Virus record (IMG/VR): IMGVR_UViG_3300026546_000010
Location: 1 to 39,925 of that record
Reading direction: 5' to 3' (one strand)
Source of the DNA: a virus
Lineage: Duplodnaviria > Caudoviricetes
Length of the DNA stretch: 39,925 nt
The notes under the pieces: generated by a model
What the model was told of the DNA's origin: nothing
The model's database searches: none
What the model saw: the letters and a program-made list of their open reading frames with translations, nothing else
Made by a program: the position numbers and the translations under genes
Shown: in pieces, positions 27,021 through 36,402 of the stretch
Layout: every line of letters begins with the position of its first letter
How positions within the stretch are numbered: the stretch's first letter is position 1

Positions 27021-27377
27021 TTAGTCGCCAAAGGGGTTATCCAAAAAAGCCTGATAGCATTCTGGAAACTGCTCTTTGCCTCTATTCATGATCTCAATAA
27101 CCGTCTTTTTACTTACACGCATATATGTTATCGAAGCAGAGGACACAATCCCCTTAACGATGTCACGATATGTAATTTTACATATGTGTTTTAAGTAAAA
27201 AATGAAATCATAGGCTTCCATCGCAGTGGCTTCTTCTAGTCTGACTTCAGTTTGGTACCTCTCAATATCAAACTGCTTAGGGCTACCATCAATAATGTAT
27301 TTAACATATTTAGATGATACATAAATACGAGAACTATTTACCCCAATAATGTCAGCAGCCTCAGCAATGGAAGTCAA
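27021..27377 (-). CDS. Putative HTH DNA-binding protein
   Basis: SIAEAADIIGVNSSRIY N-terminal HTH-like pattern; TTG start overlapping the upstream stop. Confidence 0.5.
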   Translation of the reverse strand: MTSIAEAADIIGVNSSRIYVSSKYVKYIIDGSPKQFDIERYQTEVRLEEATAMEAYDFIFYLKHICKITYRDIVKGIVSSASITYMRVSKKTVIEIMNRGKEQFPECYQAFLDNPFGD

Positions 27378-27457
27378 TAGTCTTCCGTTGTCCAGAATAA
27401 AATAATGACAAGTATAAAACCAACAGCCATAAACAATGATGAGTAGTTAATCTCCAT
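27374..27457 (-). CDS. 27-aa single-pass membrane peptide (not in ORF track)
   Basis: MEINYSSLFMAVGFILVIILFWTTEDY; RBS AAGGA; TTGA overlap with the next start. Confidence 0.55.
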   Translation of the reverse strand: MEINYSSLFMAVGFILVIILFWTTEDY

Positions 27458-27806
27458 TACTTTCCTTTTGATTAAAATTGTACCACTTTTCATAATCTTC
27501 AAGGAATTTTATCCACTGAAGATGCTCAACTACGTTGAACTTATCATGAACAATCCTAAAGGAAATTCGATGATAAAAATGATGATATGAGTTGAACGTT
27601 TTGTGTGCAACCTGACGAAAAATATGCATCATACCAAACTCTTCATTAAAGAAGATATTTGTTAATGCTCGTTGAACTTCATATCTAATGGAAGTGTATC
27701 CACATCCAGCATCTATGAGGTATTTATAGCTATCTGGATGATGCTTTTTGTAGTAACTGATCTGAGCGCGAGAAATCTCTAAGCAATCAGCAAGTTCTTT
27801 ATGCAT
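27447..27806 (-). CDS. Putative HTH DNA-binding protein
   Basis: HKELADCLEISRAQISYYKK HTH-like; start reassigned downstream of the primase stop. Confidence 0.55.
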   Translation of the reverse strand: MHKELADCLEISRAQISYYKKHHPDSYKYLIDAGCGYTSIRYEVQRALTNIFFNEEFGMMHIFRQVAHKTFNSYHHFYHRISFRIVHDKFNVVEHLQWIKFLEDYEKWYNFNQKESNGD

Positions 27807-27822
27807 CAACAATATGTCCTCC

Positions 27823-29907
27823 TTATCGATTTTGTTGCTTACGAACAATATTCTCAAGTTCGGTATCACCAAGAGGGTTTGCAAGCATATTATTGATATA
27901 CATGCACTCACTCAGCACACTATGATCACCAATGTCAATCAAGAACGTAGCATATCTCATGATCATGCTATTCCTATTGCCATCTGAGGTATTCATAAGA
28001 ATATACTTCTGCATCCCAAGTTTTCTGCGATCAATTTCGTCATCCATGTCAACCATGCTTCCAAGGGAAGACAGGTTCGGGACAATAACCTGAGAACGCT
28101 CTGTATCTGGAATACAGCAATTTGCATCAAATAGATCTGCTTCATTTTTAAAAATCTCACATCCACCAGAGGTAAACCATAATCGTGAAACATTACGAGT
28201 AGATACGTCATAAATAGGCAATTCAAGAATCTCAGAGATATTCTCATAGAGTTGCTTATGTTGTTCTGGATCGACATGAAACAATGTCTTGGTAGGGAGT
28301 AAGATACGAAAACGATCAGTTACAATACCATTCTTCTCCACTTGATGAGATTTTGTGGTATAAATAATATAAGTATATTTATCCAAAAGAAGCTTCGCAT
28401 CATCAAGTGAGAACCCCTCATCAATATCAAAGGCAATCAAGTTTTGACCTGGGATATGATTTGCTGCCTTTCTGTGACCATCAGGAGCAGAGGTAGAAGG
28501 ACTAAAATGAGACAAACAGAATGACTGAATGTCGGGATTTTGAACCAATGCCTCAACAGAGGGAGCCTCACCAAAGAATGGATACTCCTTTGGAGTAAAG
28601 TTCGTAGCCTTCTCTGGGTGCTTGTTATATCCAGAAGAGATGGATATTAGCATCTTGCTTAGGTTAGTCTCTGGGAGGGGTTCTACTTTGAATCGCTTAC
28701 CTTTCATGGTAAGCTTCATCCCCTTAAATCGGGTATAGTCCTCAAGTAGTTCAAGCTGATAAGCAAGATCTTGTTTTGTAGCAAACACAACACCATACTC
28801 TTCTACATCAAAGATAGAAATGTAATCATTTTTATTTTTGGCAGTAGAGAACATAATCTTATGAGCACTTGGTGGAACAAGAACCTTCTTAAGCGCATCC
28901 ATAGAAGACGAAAGTATAGTAATCGTTTCCTCCATATCTGCCTTAGTAACATTCTTATTCATGTTTGCAATAGCAACAAGAGCAGAAGTTCGCTCAAGAT
29001 TGTCAATCATTCGAGCAAACATGTTATTGAGTGAACTCAAATCCTCGTTATACTCACTGATCTTTTGACGAGCAAAGGCATCAGCAACCTCAGCTGCTTC
29101 TGGAGTAATGTGGATAATAGTAGAAGGAATATCATTCAACATAGTTCCAAGTTCTTGGACGTATTCTTTTAGAACGGTGGCCTCACTGTCACCATGCTGT
29201 ACTGACTCCATAGGAGTAAAATCAGTCCAGCTAAAATTACTACGTCTCCCAAGACCAGAAGTAATCATCTCAACGAGAACCCCATGCTTCTGCTTTGACC
29301 TACGAAATGGCTCTGGTGAGCCAAACAGAAGAATGTTTGTAGGTACTTCGCTGACAGGCGGGTACTTCTCATTGACATTGGTACTACCATCGCTCTTGCC
29401 ATCCTGCCAAAGCTTCATTAGAATCGAAAGAGTATCAGCAGTAATTTCATGCCCAAACTCAGTCGAGACTACGTTCAGTGATCCAATCTCAGTATTGTTG
29501 TAGAAGTTGGCAACTCTCATCATACCTTCGATAGAACCCCTCAATGCTACCTTGTATTGCTTTGGGATGATTACATTTGTATCATCACTAGCAGCATCAT
29601 TGGGGGTTCCAGCTGTTAATCTACGGAAGTCCTGTTCGATATTTGGAAGATATGATTCAAACACCTCACTAAACATTTCTTCACATACATTCAGAGATGT
29701 ATCCTTTCCATACCCTTGGTTAGCAAAGGTAACAGCAAAAAAGTTTGCATATCTCAATATACTAGAGTCTGGCTTTTTCACCATGAACCGCTTGCGCCCT
29801 AGAGCAGAAGAAAGTACAAACAGAAATGAGTTTCGTACAATACTCATCTCGACAGTTGTGCCAGTTCGTCGTTCAACCTCTCGTTTCACGAAGTTTAATA
29901 TTTCCAT
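27823..29907 (-). CDS. DNA primase/helicase-like replication protein (N4 gp43-like)
   Basis: P-loop ANQGYGKD, EFG, NILLFGSP; primase-like AFDID, YTTKSH, DRFRILLP; PriCT-like GNRNS tail. Confidence 0.78.
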   Translation of the reverse strand: MEILNFVKREVERRTGTTVEMSIVRNSFLFVLSSALGRKRFMVKKPDSSILRYANFFAVTFANQGYGKDTSLNVCEEMFSEVFESYLPNIEQDFRRLTAGTPNDAASDDTNVIIPKQYKVALRGSIEGMMRVANFYNNTEIGSLNVVSTEFGHEITADTLSILMKLWQDGKSDGSTNVNEKYPPVSEVPTNILLFGSPEPFRRSKQKHGVLVEMITSGLGRRSNFSWTDFTPMESVQHGDSEATVLKEYVQELGTMLNDIPSTIIHITPEAAEVADAFARQKISEYNEDLSSLNNMFARMIDNLERTSALVAIANMNKNVTKADMEETITILSSSMDALKKVLVPPSAHKIMFSTAKNKNDYISIFDVEEYGVVFATKQDLAYQLELLEDYTRFKGMKLTMKGKRFKVEPLPETNLSKMLISISSGYNKHPEKATNFTPKEYPFFGEAPSVEALVQNPDIQSFCLSHFSPSTSAPDGHRKAANHIPGQNLIAFDIDEGFSLDDAKLLLDKYTYIIYTTKSHQVEKNGIVTDRFRILLPTKTLFHVDPEQHKQLYENISEILELPIYDVSTRNVSRLWFTSGGCEIFKNEADLFDANCCIPDTERSQVIVPNLSSLGSMVDMDDEIDRRKLGMQKYILMNTSDGNRNSMIMRYATFLIDIGDHSVLSECMYINNMLANPLGDTELENIVRKQQNR

Positions 29908-29930
29908 TATTTATTTCCTTTCAAAGAAAG

Positions 29931-30293
29931 CTATTCATCGTCAAACATAAGCAAGTCACCAAGATTGACATTCTTAAATTGTTCAATGTGGCGAGTTGCA
30001 ACATATAGAACAACACCATCATTAAATGCCTTGCCTCCATTACGGAGACCAAGGCGATTTTTTCTAGCCCAAGAAGACATTTCAGTAAGCTTACCAGTCC
30101 TTACAACGCTATCAATATAGCATCCACATGTCTTAATCCTTGGAGGAACAAGATGATCCTGTCTAAAGAGTTTAATTGTGTCACAATTCATACATTGTCC
30201 TAGAATCATCCTCCTGTAACGAGGAGGACCAGCCGTGCCCACATCCTTTAAAAACCTGATTTTTGTACCAGGGTAAATGTCTCCACGTTTCAT
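29931..30293 (-). CDS. Zn-binding protein resembling the N-terminal module of phage HNH/AP2 endonucleases
   Basis: CMNC...KTCGC; no HNH motif follows. Confidence 0.5.
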   Translation of the reverse strand: MKRGDIYPGTKIRFLKDVGTAGPPRYRRMILGQCMNCDTIKLFRQDHLVPPRIKTCGCYIDSVVRTGKLTEMSSWARKNRLGLRNGGKAFNDGVVLYVATRHIEQFKNVNLGDLLMFDDE

Positions 30294-30604
30294 GGGATAA
30301 TTTCAAAATGAGCCTGTATCAACGATAAAGCCTCAAGATATTTTGAACCATATAGCCTCCTATGTTTTCTTTCCATAGGAGTAAGCCCTAAATGAAACTT
30401 ATAATATGTATCTCTAAGAAGATTGTAAACAGTTTGTGCTTTCCAGCACACACAGCTCCTTTTTTGAGTTCTAACATAGTAGAAATCAGGATCAACATTC
30501 TTGGCATATGCCAAATTAAGATAAGTAGAATACGCAATAGAGTATCCCATTATTTCTGACCAGTTGCCAGCGTTTAATCCTTCGCATTCTTTACATGGTC
30601 TCAT
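30290..30604 (-). CDS. Hypothetical Cys-containing protein
   Basis: 104 aa; CxxC and CxC; ATGA overlaps on both sides. Confidence 0.6.
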   Translation of the reverse strand: MRPCKECEGLNAGNWSEIMGYSIAYSTYLNLAYAKNVDPDFYYVRTQKRSCVCWKAQTVYNLLRDTYYKFHLGLTPMERKHRRLYGSKYLEALSLIQAHFEIIP

Positions 30605-30861
30605 TTGTTTTCTCCTTCTGTCAAGCTATCATCAACCATTTCCTGGAAACGATACTCTTCAGCAGTGGCCTGCTCGTCAGCAAGATATTTCTCACAAAAT
30701 ATAGCGTATTCCTCAGAATACAAAGCAATACCATCACTGGTGTCAAACACTAGGCTACGAAACATCTCAATAGCTTCGTCCCTATCGGTACGAAGCTTAT
30801 GTTCTATCCATTCAAGTTCGACATCAAAGTCGTCAATAATATCCTCAATTGAATCAATCAT
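30601..30861 (-). CDS. Small acidic protein
   Basis: Start MIDSIED after GAGG; D/E-rich. Confidence 0.6.
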   Translation of the reverse strand: MIDSIEDIIDDFDVELEWIEHKLRTDRDEAIEMFRSLVFDTSDGIALYSEEYAIFCEKYLADEQATAEEYRFQEMVDDSLTEGENK

Positions 30862-31183
30862 CGAATGCCTCTCTTGTTCTCCTCCAGCCGTCAATAATTC
30901 CTGCAATCAAATCAGAAATGCTGTCATAGCCATTATCTTTATAGAAAGCAGAAAGAGATCTGCATTGGTACCAAGTCTTATCACTTGGATCATTAACGTT
31001 GCGACGAACAACGGTAAGTCCTATGTCTTTACTGTGATTTTCGCTAACCTCTATGATCATTTCATCTCTATAGTTATAGTACCCAATAACAATAGGGGTA
31101 ATAGCATTTGTATGACCGTTATAAACCTGTCGCAAAATGTCACGATCATGATAGTTGTGAGTAATATGATACTTTCTACTCAT
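30854..31183 (-). CDS. Hypothetical protein
   Basis: Start MSRKYH after AAGGAG. Confidence 0.6.
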   Translation of the reverse strand: MSRKYHITHNYHDRDILRQVYNGHTNAITPIVIGYYNYRDEMIIEVSENHSKDIGLTVVRRNVNDPSDKTWYQCRSLSAFYKDNGYDSISDLIAGIIDGWRRTREAFDD

Positions 31184-31196
31184 TGTTTCTCCTTGT

Positions 31197-32861
31197 TTAA
31201 AATGGTATTTCTTCGTCACCAAACTCGTTCTCAATAACAATGTCATATGAGACGTTAGTTTTATTTTTCTCCTCTGCAAGTCTATAAGCATAAACATATG
31301 GCGGTTTTTCCTTCACAAACGCAGGAAGAGTTTTGATTTCGGAGATCCTACGACCTTTTTGTACTTTTAGCTGAAGATTGCGTTTAAATACAACCATTAA
31401 GCGAGCACGGTACTCAGGTATCTCATCGATAATTTTATTGAGGGGTTCTAGCGTATCCTCGACTTCATCGTCAGAGTAATAGAACCCATATTTTCTAAAG
31501 AAAAATTCATAAGCAACTTTCACCGCAACAAATAAATCATTGGTAGCAGTAAACAGTGCAGCCAAACGACTGCTAGACAAATCACGGATTTGCCGTTCAG
31601 CCTTCTTGATTTCTTCTGTAGCGGACAATACAAGCTCTCGTGTAATTTCAAGAGGGATTCTTGTCTCATTCTGAGAATGAATAAAGTTCACTTCAGAGAT
31701 GGCATGCTCTTCATTGAGACGCTTTAGTGCTTCTTTGTCACCAGCAGGAGCAGGGATGTACTCAGTATCGGGGAACCCCAATCTCTCAATAAGTCCAGAG
31801 AGGTCAAGGATCTCACCATGCTTCTTTCCAGGGGCAGTACGAGTCAGTCGCAATGCCATTTGGTAATACAGCGAGCGTCTCTTTGTTGGACGACACAGAA
31901 CCCCTGCATGGAGGTCTGGTACATCCCATCCAATAGAAATCTTGGAGACAGAGACAACACACAGTGGGGGTTTATTCCCCTCATGGAATAAGTTCTCATC
32001 CATGAGACCACCATTTTTAAAGTGGTACATGAGCTTAGTCGTATCATCCCCAGCTTTACTATGATAGGCAAAGGACCGAAAACCTGCCTTCACCAATGCT
32101 TCATTCAATAAATCAGCAGTAGCAATACTGTTAGTAAACACTGCTACCTTCTTATCTTTGTACCCACGATCAATCATAGATTTAACCGCGAGACGAATGT
32201 AGCTCTCAGAGCCTACAAGCTCTTCAATGGACTCGGCAGCATATTCCCCTGCAACAAGCGGTAAGTCGTCATATGATAGATCCTGAGACCATCTAGGCAC
32301 ATAAAATTTCAATGGAGAGAGATGGCCAGCATTGGTAAGCTCTTCTACAGTAGCAACAGTAATGCTGTCACTAACTTTATCAAGAGCATAACCATTTGCC
32401 GTCCAAGGGGTTGCACTCCATAAAATAGTCATAGTGGGGCGAACTACAGAAAGAATAATTCGAGTTCGCTCTCCAGTCCATGCAACGTGACCTTCGTCAA
32501 TTTGAACAATATCGAAGCTATGTTTAAATGTCAACTTGTCCTGTCTGGCAAAAAAGGTTTGAGCCATAACAAGTTGAATTTGTTGTGATGGATCAAACTT
32601 TTCTTCTTGTCCTGCCTTGAGTACAGAATGTTTGATACCCATTGAAGTTAATGTTTCATTAAGTTGATCTAACAAATTAGAAAAACTAATTACGATCATT
32701 ACACCTGAATCCTTAAACTTCTCAGCAACAGCGCATAGCATAACAGCTTTACCAGAACCCCCCGGGGATTTAACCACTAGGGTTTCTGTACCGAATGCAT
32801 AGTGGGACTCTATTGAGTCCACTGTTTTTGCTTGGTAATCTCGTAGCTGAATCATGACCAT
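31197..32861 (-). CDS. Superfamily 2 DExH helicase
   Basis: LRDYQ, SPGGSGK, DEGH, SATP, GWDVP, YYQMALRLTR; C-terminal DEEIPF. Confidence 0.88.
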   Translation of the reverse strand: MVMIQLRDYQAKTVDSIESHYAFGTETLVVKSPGGSGKAVMLCAVAEKFKDSGVMIVISFSNLLDQLNETLTSMGIKHSVLKAGQEEKFDPSQQIQLVMAQTFFARQDKLTFKHSFDIVQIDEGHVAWTGERTRIILSVVRPTMTILWSATPWTANGYALDKVSDSITVATVEELTNAGHLSPLKFYVPRWSQDLSYDDLPLVAGEYAAESIEELVGSESYIRLAVKSMIDRGYKDKKVAVFTNSIATADLLNEALVKAGFRSFAYHSKAGDDTTKLMYHFKNGGLMDENLFHEGNKPPLCVVSVSKISIGWDVPDLHAGVLCRPTKRRSLYYQMALRLTRTAPGKKHGEILDLSGLIERLGFPDTEYIPAPAGDKEALKRLNEEHAISEVNFIHSQNETRIPLEITRELVLSATEEIKKAERQIRDLSSSRLAALFTATNDLFVAVKVAYEFFFRKYGFYYSDDEVEDTLEPLNKIIDEIPEYRARLMVVFKRNLQLKVQKGRRISEIKTLPAFVKEKPPYVYAYRLAEEKNKTNVSYDIVIENEFGDEEIPF

Positions 32862-33718
32862 AGTCCCGGATCAGCAACTCGTTTAGAGATAGGGGGAACT
32901 TCGGATTTATAGAAGGGACAATTGTCCTTAACGGAACAGTACCAAACACATTTGGTTGGGACGGTTACTCCGTCTATTTTACGAATCCATCTGTCCTTAC
33001 ATCCATCCTTGAGCCTATTGTCTGCTACAGCATCATGCATTTCGCGAACCTCATCAAAGATTTCACTTTGAATATCGGCAAGCATAGCATGTACTTCTTT
33101 CATGGTGAACACTTCGTCCACCCAGTTTGTTTTCTCAAATACTCTTTGCTTTCGGCTAAACATAGCATCTCTGACAAAAAACGTATTAGAGAGGATAATG
33201 TGTACCCTATCATTCTCATCAGCATCTATATCGTCACGAAGAGGGGAAAAAAACAAATACAAAAGCATTTGAAGCTGGGGAAGGTATCGAGCAGCAGTTT
33301 CCTCACGTTTCTCGTGTAACGCCTTCATTTGGTACGATGACGTAAGCTTATAATCAATAATCTCAATAGTTCGTATGGCTTGATCCTCTGAATCTGTACC
33401 AACCAAAATAAGATCAGCCGTACCATGCAATGCACAAGAGACAGAATCAATTTGAACAACATGACCCATGTAATGTTCGGGCATAGTTGACTTATCAAAT
33501 AGCAACTTCTTGTCACTGATCAAAGCATCCATGCCTGCATGAAAAATTGTACCAATTGTATTCATACCAATATTGGTTTGACTCTCTTCTGGGAAGGAGA
33601 TACGCAGTGCATTCTGCACTGGATCTGCTCCTCGCATAGACGCTGAATACCGTATAGTACCAGGTAGGAAACGGCTATTGTATTTAGTTGCCTCCATGAG
33701 ACGTTGCTCAAAATTCAT
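32852..33718 (-). CDS. Cas4-like PD-(D/E)XK exonuclease
   Basis: GTIFH, GTADL, IIDYK, QLQM and C-terminal C...CVWYC..C cluster. Confidence 0.8.
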   Translation of the reverse strand: MNFEQRLMEATKYNSRFLPGTIRYSASMRGADPVQNALRISFPEESQTNIGMNTIGTIFHAGMDALISDKKLLFDKSTMPEHYMGHVVQIDSVSCALHGTADLILVGTDSEDQAIRTIEIIDYKLTSSYQMKALHEKREETAARYLPQLQMLLYLFFSPLRDDIDADENDRVHIILSNTFFVRDAMFSRKQRVFEKTNWVDEVFTMKEVHAMLADIQSEIFDEVREMHDAVADNRLKDGCKDRWIRKIDGVTVPTKCVWYCSVKDNCPFYKSEVPPISKRVADPGLWS

Positions 33719-33727
33719 AATTACTCC

Positions 33728-35140
33728 TTATTGATAATACTCGTTAAACATCTGAATGATTGCAGCATCAGACATATCCTCAAGATAGTCATCTACTTCA
33801 AGAAGAATCCGAAGCATTCTGACGACAATTACACGCTTCATAGAAGCAGGCTCCGCATTAAATGTGTTCACAAACACAAGTATTTTACCAGAAAAGTGCA
33901 TATTGCTGAATGACAACAATGGAGCCCCAATATTACCCATAAACTCAAACAAGGAGACAAGCTCTTCATCAGAGAATGTTCCTAACAATTCATTAGTAGC
34001 CGACAGGGTAAACCTCTCAAATGGAGACATAGGTTGGGGTTCACCCATATCTGCAAACAAGCTTTTGCTATGATTGCCTCTATAAGTAACCTTTCTGCCT
34101 TGGAGCTCATATGGAGTATGATGGGTCGTAGATGTAACAATTGAAGTAGTAATATTGTCTGGGTCGATCAAGCTGTAATCAACAGGAAAGTATTCATTGT
34201 CCCACTTTTCAAGCAAGAAACGAAACAAATCAGTCTTAAGCCCAGCACTTTTATCTTTTAGGTCAAGAAGTACATAGCTATACTTTGCCTTCTCGGAAGG
34301 CTCTTGATCAGGCTCTATCCCGAACAATTCATGAATTGGGGTCGGTTGAACAGTGGGGGCAGGGAAAAATTGTCTTCCGCCAACAATGGTAACATTTTGG
34401 CCACGAAGATAATTTAACTTATCATCGGAACTACTGAACAGTCTATATTCACTATGGATCAGCTCAGCCAGCTTATCACCGTGCTGTAAAATTCCACTAA
34501 ATGAAGGAATGTTCTGACCATCTTGCAGTGGGTAGACAACACCCGGGTTGCTAGAATCTTTCCTTAGATCAACAGTAGAAAAGTTCGAGATACCAGTATG
34601 ACTATACCGATATTCTCCATCGCTGCCAATAGCGAGAACCGATTCATTCTCCTTGACCTTCCTGAACGTAAGCCCTTCACCTGGGTGAGCATGAATAGTA
34701 TTGAACCCCACAAGGTTCCATTCTACATGTTCAAACAAATGACTAATGAACTGGAATGTTTTGCTTTTGTAAAGCTCTTTAATCTTTTTATGAGACTTTT
34801 TGATGGCTTTTTCGTTTGCAGCAGAAACATCATCAAGATGAAAATGGACAGAACCATAACTCACTTGCTGTGGATAATTATAAGCCACCAGTGGGAATCC
34901 AATGTATAAAAGAGTGTTATCTATAAGCACTTTTCCAACAAGAGCAGTATAATGGAACTGCCATTCATTCTTGAACTCACGAACTTCACCAGAAGCAGCC
35001 TGGATTTCTTCCAGAGCACGATTGCTCCAGAAGAGTAAACTAAACAAGTTAGTTCCAGCCTTGTCTGTTATTTCCTTAGTCTCCTGCTTGTTATTCATCA
35101 GCTGAGACCTCATCGCTGTCGTCTTCTTGTTGTACTGCAT
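33728..35140 (-). CDS. JAB/MPN+ metalloisopeptidase-like protein
   Basis: NEWQ glutamate, YPQQVS..SV, IHAHP (~34682-34693), FSTVD (~34568-34582). Confidence 0.72.
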   Translation of the reverse strand: MQYNKKTTAMRSQLMNNKQETKEITDKAGTNLFSLLFWSNRALEEIQAASGEVREFKNEWQFHYTALVGKVLIDNTLLYIGFPLVAYNYPQQVSYGSVHFHLDDVSAANEKAIKKSHKKIKELYKSKTFQFISHLFEHVEWNLVGFNTIHAHPGEGLTFRKVKENESVLAIGSDGEYRYSHTGISNFSTVDLRKDSSNPGVVYPLQDGQNIPSFSGILQHGDKLAELIHSEYRLFSSSDDKLNYLRGQNVTIVGGRQFFPAPTVQPTPIHELFGIEPDQEPSEKAKYSYVLLDLKDKSAGLKTDLFRFLLEKWDNEYFPVDYSLIDPDNITTSIVTSTTHHTPYELQGRKVTYRGNHSKSLFADMGEPQPMSPFERFTLSATNELLGTFSDEELVSLFEFMGNIGAPLLSFSNMHFSGKILVFVNTFNAEPASMKRVIVVRMLRILLEVDDYLEDMSDAAIIQMFNEYYQ

Positions 35141-36401
35141 TTTCTTCCTTTATGTTTCTTAATTGATTAATTGCCTTCTGCAACGCAGGAAATTCCGAAA
35201 GAATAATTTCGTCCGCAAAGCTAGATGACATTACGGCTGATGCAAAGAGCATCTTGAAATCAGCCATCTTTTCATCTGGAATGTCCTCAAGTCCAAGTGA
35301 TGTTATAACATCCTGGATACTACCAACTTTAAGCACTTCTGGCTTCATGCCAATACGTTCCATCGTTCTATCAACAGAGGACCGGTTAAATATCTCAAAG
35401 GAAACAGCAATATTAAGTGCATTCCAAAGAGCATGATCAGGAGCACAAACAGCAGTATTCAGTGGGGAATCAAAATTGCAATAATTCAATGCAGCAAATC
35501 CATGAATGGAATAGGCTGCACCAGAATGTGTGCAAATCCCATAGCGAGCTCCATCATCAAAAGATAACTTATTGTTCTCGTCAATATCAATACTATACTT
35601 GTTGTGATGAACCACAGAGAAGGACATGTTTGCATGAAGCAAAGGTCCTAAACTCCAAGAATTGCCATCATAACCAAGAGCATATCCATAGAAAGGAAAT
35701 ACAAGTCCCTTGTATGAGCCAAGATGCGCTGGAGAAAACATGAAGGCATTATCTGGCGAAGCCAGGTTCCCTTCCGTATCAGTAAAGATCGATGCATAAT
35801 CAACCTTAACTCTGCTATGATGCACCTTCTCAGCGAAGTGCACTTTAGTATAGAGTCTATGCTCGGTAGCAACACGATCATCAATAGCGATATATTTATA
35901 GATAGCAGACTTATAGTCAATATAATTGGACAAATCCTTGTCAACATAGGTACTGTCTGTAACGATGAGGCATGAATACTTACGAGTATCAAGCGGTTCA
36001 CCATTAACAACGAGTCTCTTTGCTATATAAGGATGAAGAAGATTAAACTTATTACGCTCCTTGTCAACAACAATAAGACCAACAAACGATGATCCGGACT
36101 CCAAAAAAACAGAGTACCCAATCTCAATACAGTCATTGAGAGATAGATCAAAGTCGCCAATTTGTGTATATTCATATCCAATAAAGGATGGTCGAGTTAG
36201 AAACTCGGTCTTGGGATAAAACTGTTCAACAGTTTCATTAACCAAATGAATAGCACTATGAGCGTTCACAAAAGCAAATGTAGTTTCGCTAGGAAACTCA
36301 GAGCTAAAGTCCTGTGTGCTTTCTTCCTTTTCACTATTAACTATATTATCAAATTCATCAATGGAATATTGAAGAATTTTATTCTCTAACATTGTGTGCA
36401 T
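35091..36401 (-). CDS. Prokaryotic E2-like (ubiquitin-conjugating fold) protein
   Basis: Start MHTMLE 1 nt after the E1 stop; PLLHANMS...GICT...LNYCNFDSP resembles the E2 HPN..G.IC motif; lies between E1 and JAB. Confidence 0.55.
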   Translation of the reverse strand: MHTMLENKILQYSIDEFDNIVNSEKEESTQDFSSEFPSETTFAFVNAHSAIHLVNETVEQFYPKTEFLTRPSFIGYEYTQIGDFDLSLNDCIEIGYSVFLESGSSFVGLIVVDKERNKFNLLHPYIAKRLVVNGEPLDTRKYSCLIVTDSTYVDKDLSNYIDYKSAIYKYIAIDDRVATEHRLYTKVHFAEKVHHSRVKVDYASIFTDTEGNLASPDNAFMFSPAHLGSYKGLVFPFYGYALGYDGNSWSLGPLLHANMSFSVVHHNKYSIDIDENNKLSFDDGARYGICTHSGAAYSIHGFAALNYCNFDSPLNTAVCAPDHALWNALNIAVSFEIFNRSSVDRTMERIGMKPEVLKVGSIQDVITSLGLEDIPDEKMADFKMLFASAVMSSSFADEIILSEFPALQKAINQLRNIKEENAVQQEDDSDEVSADE

Positions 36402-36402
36402 C

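Noticed and set aside
29931-30293. Active homing endonuclease
   Set aside because: Only the Cys-rich N-terminal module is present; no HNH or GIY-YIG catalytic motif seen
32852-33718. Cas4-like gene as evidence of CRISPR-Cas
   Set aside because: No repeat-spacer array or other cas genes seen; solo Cas4-like nucleases are common in phage replication modules
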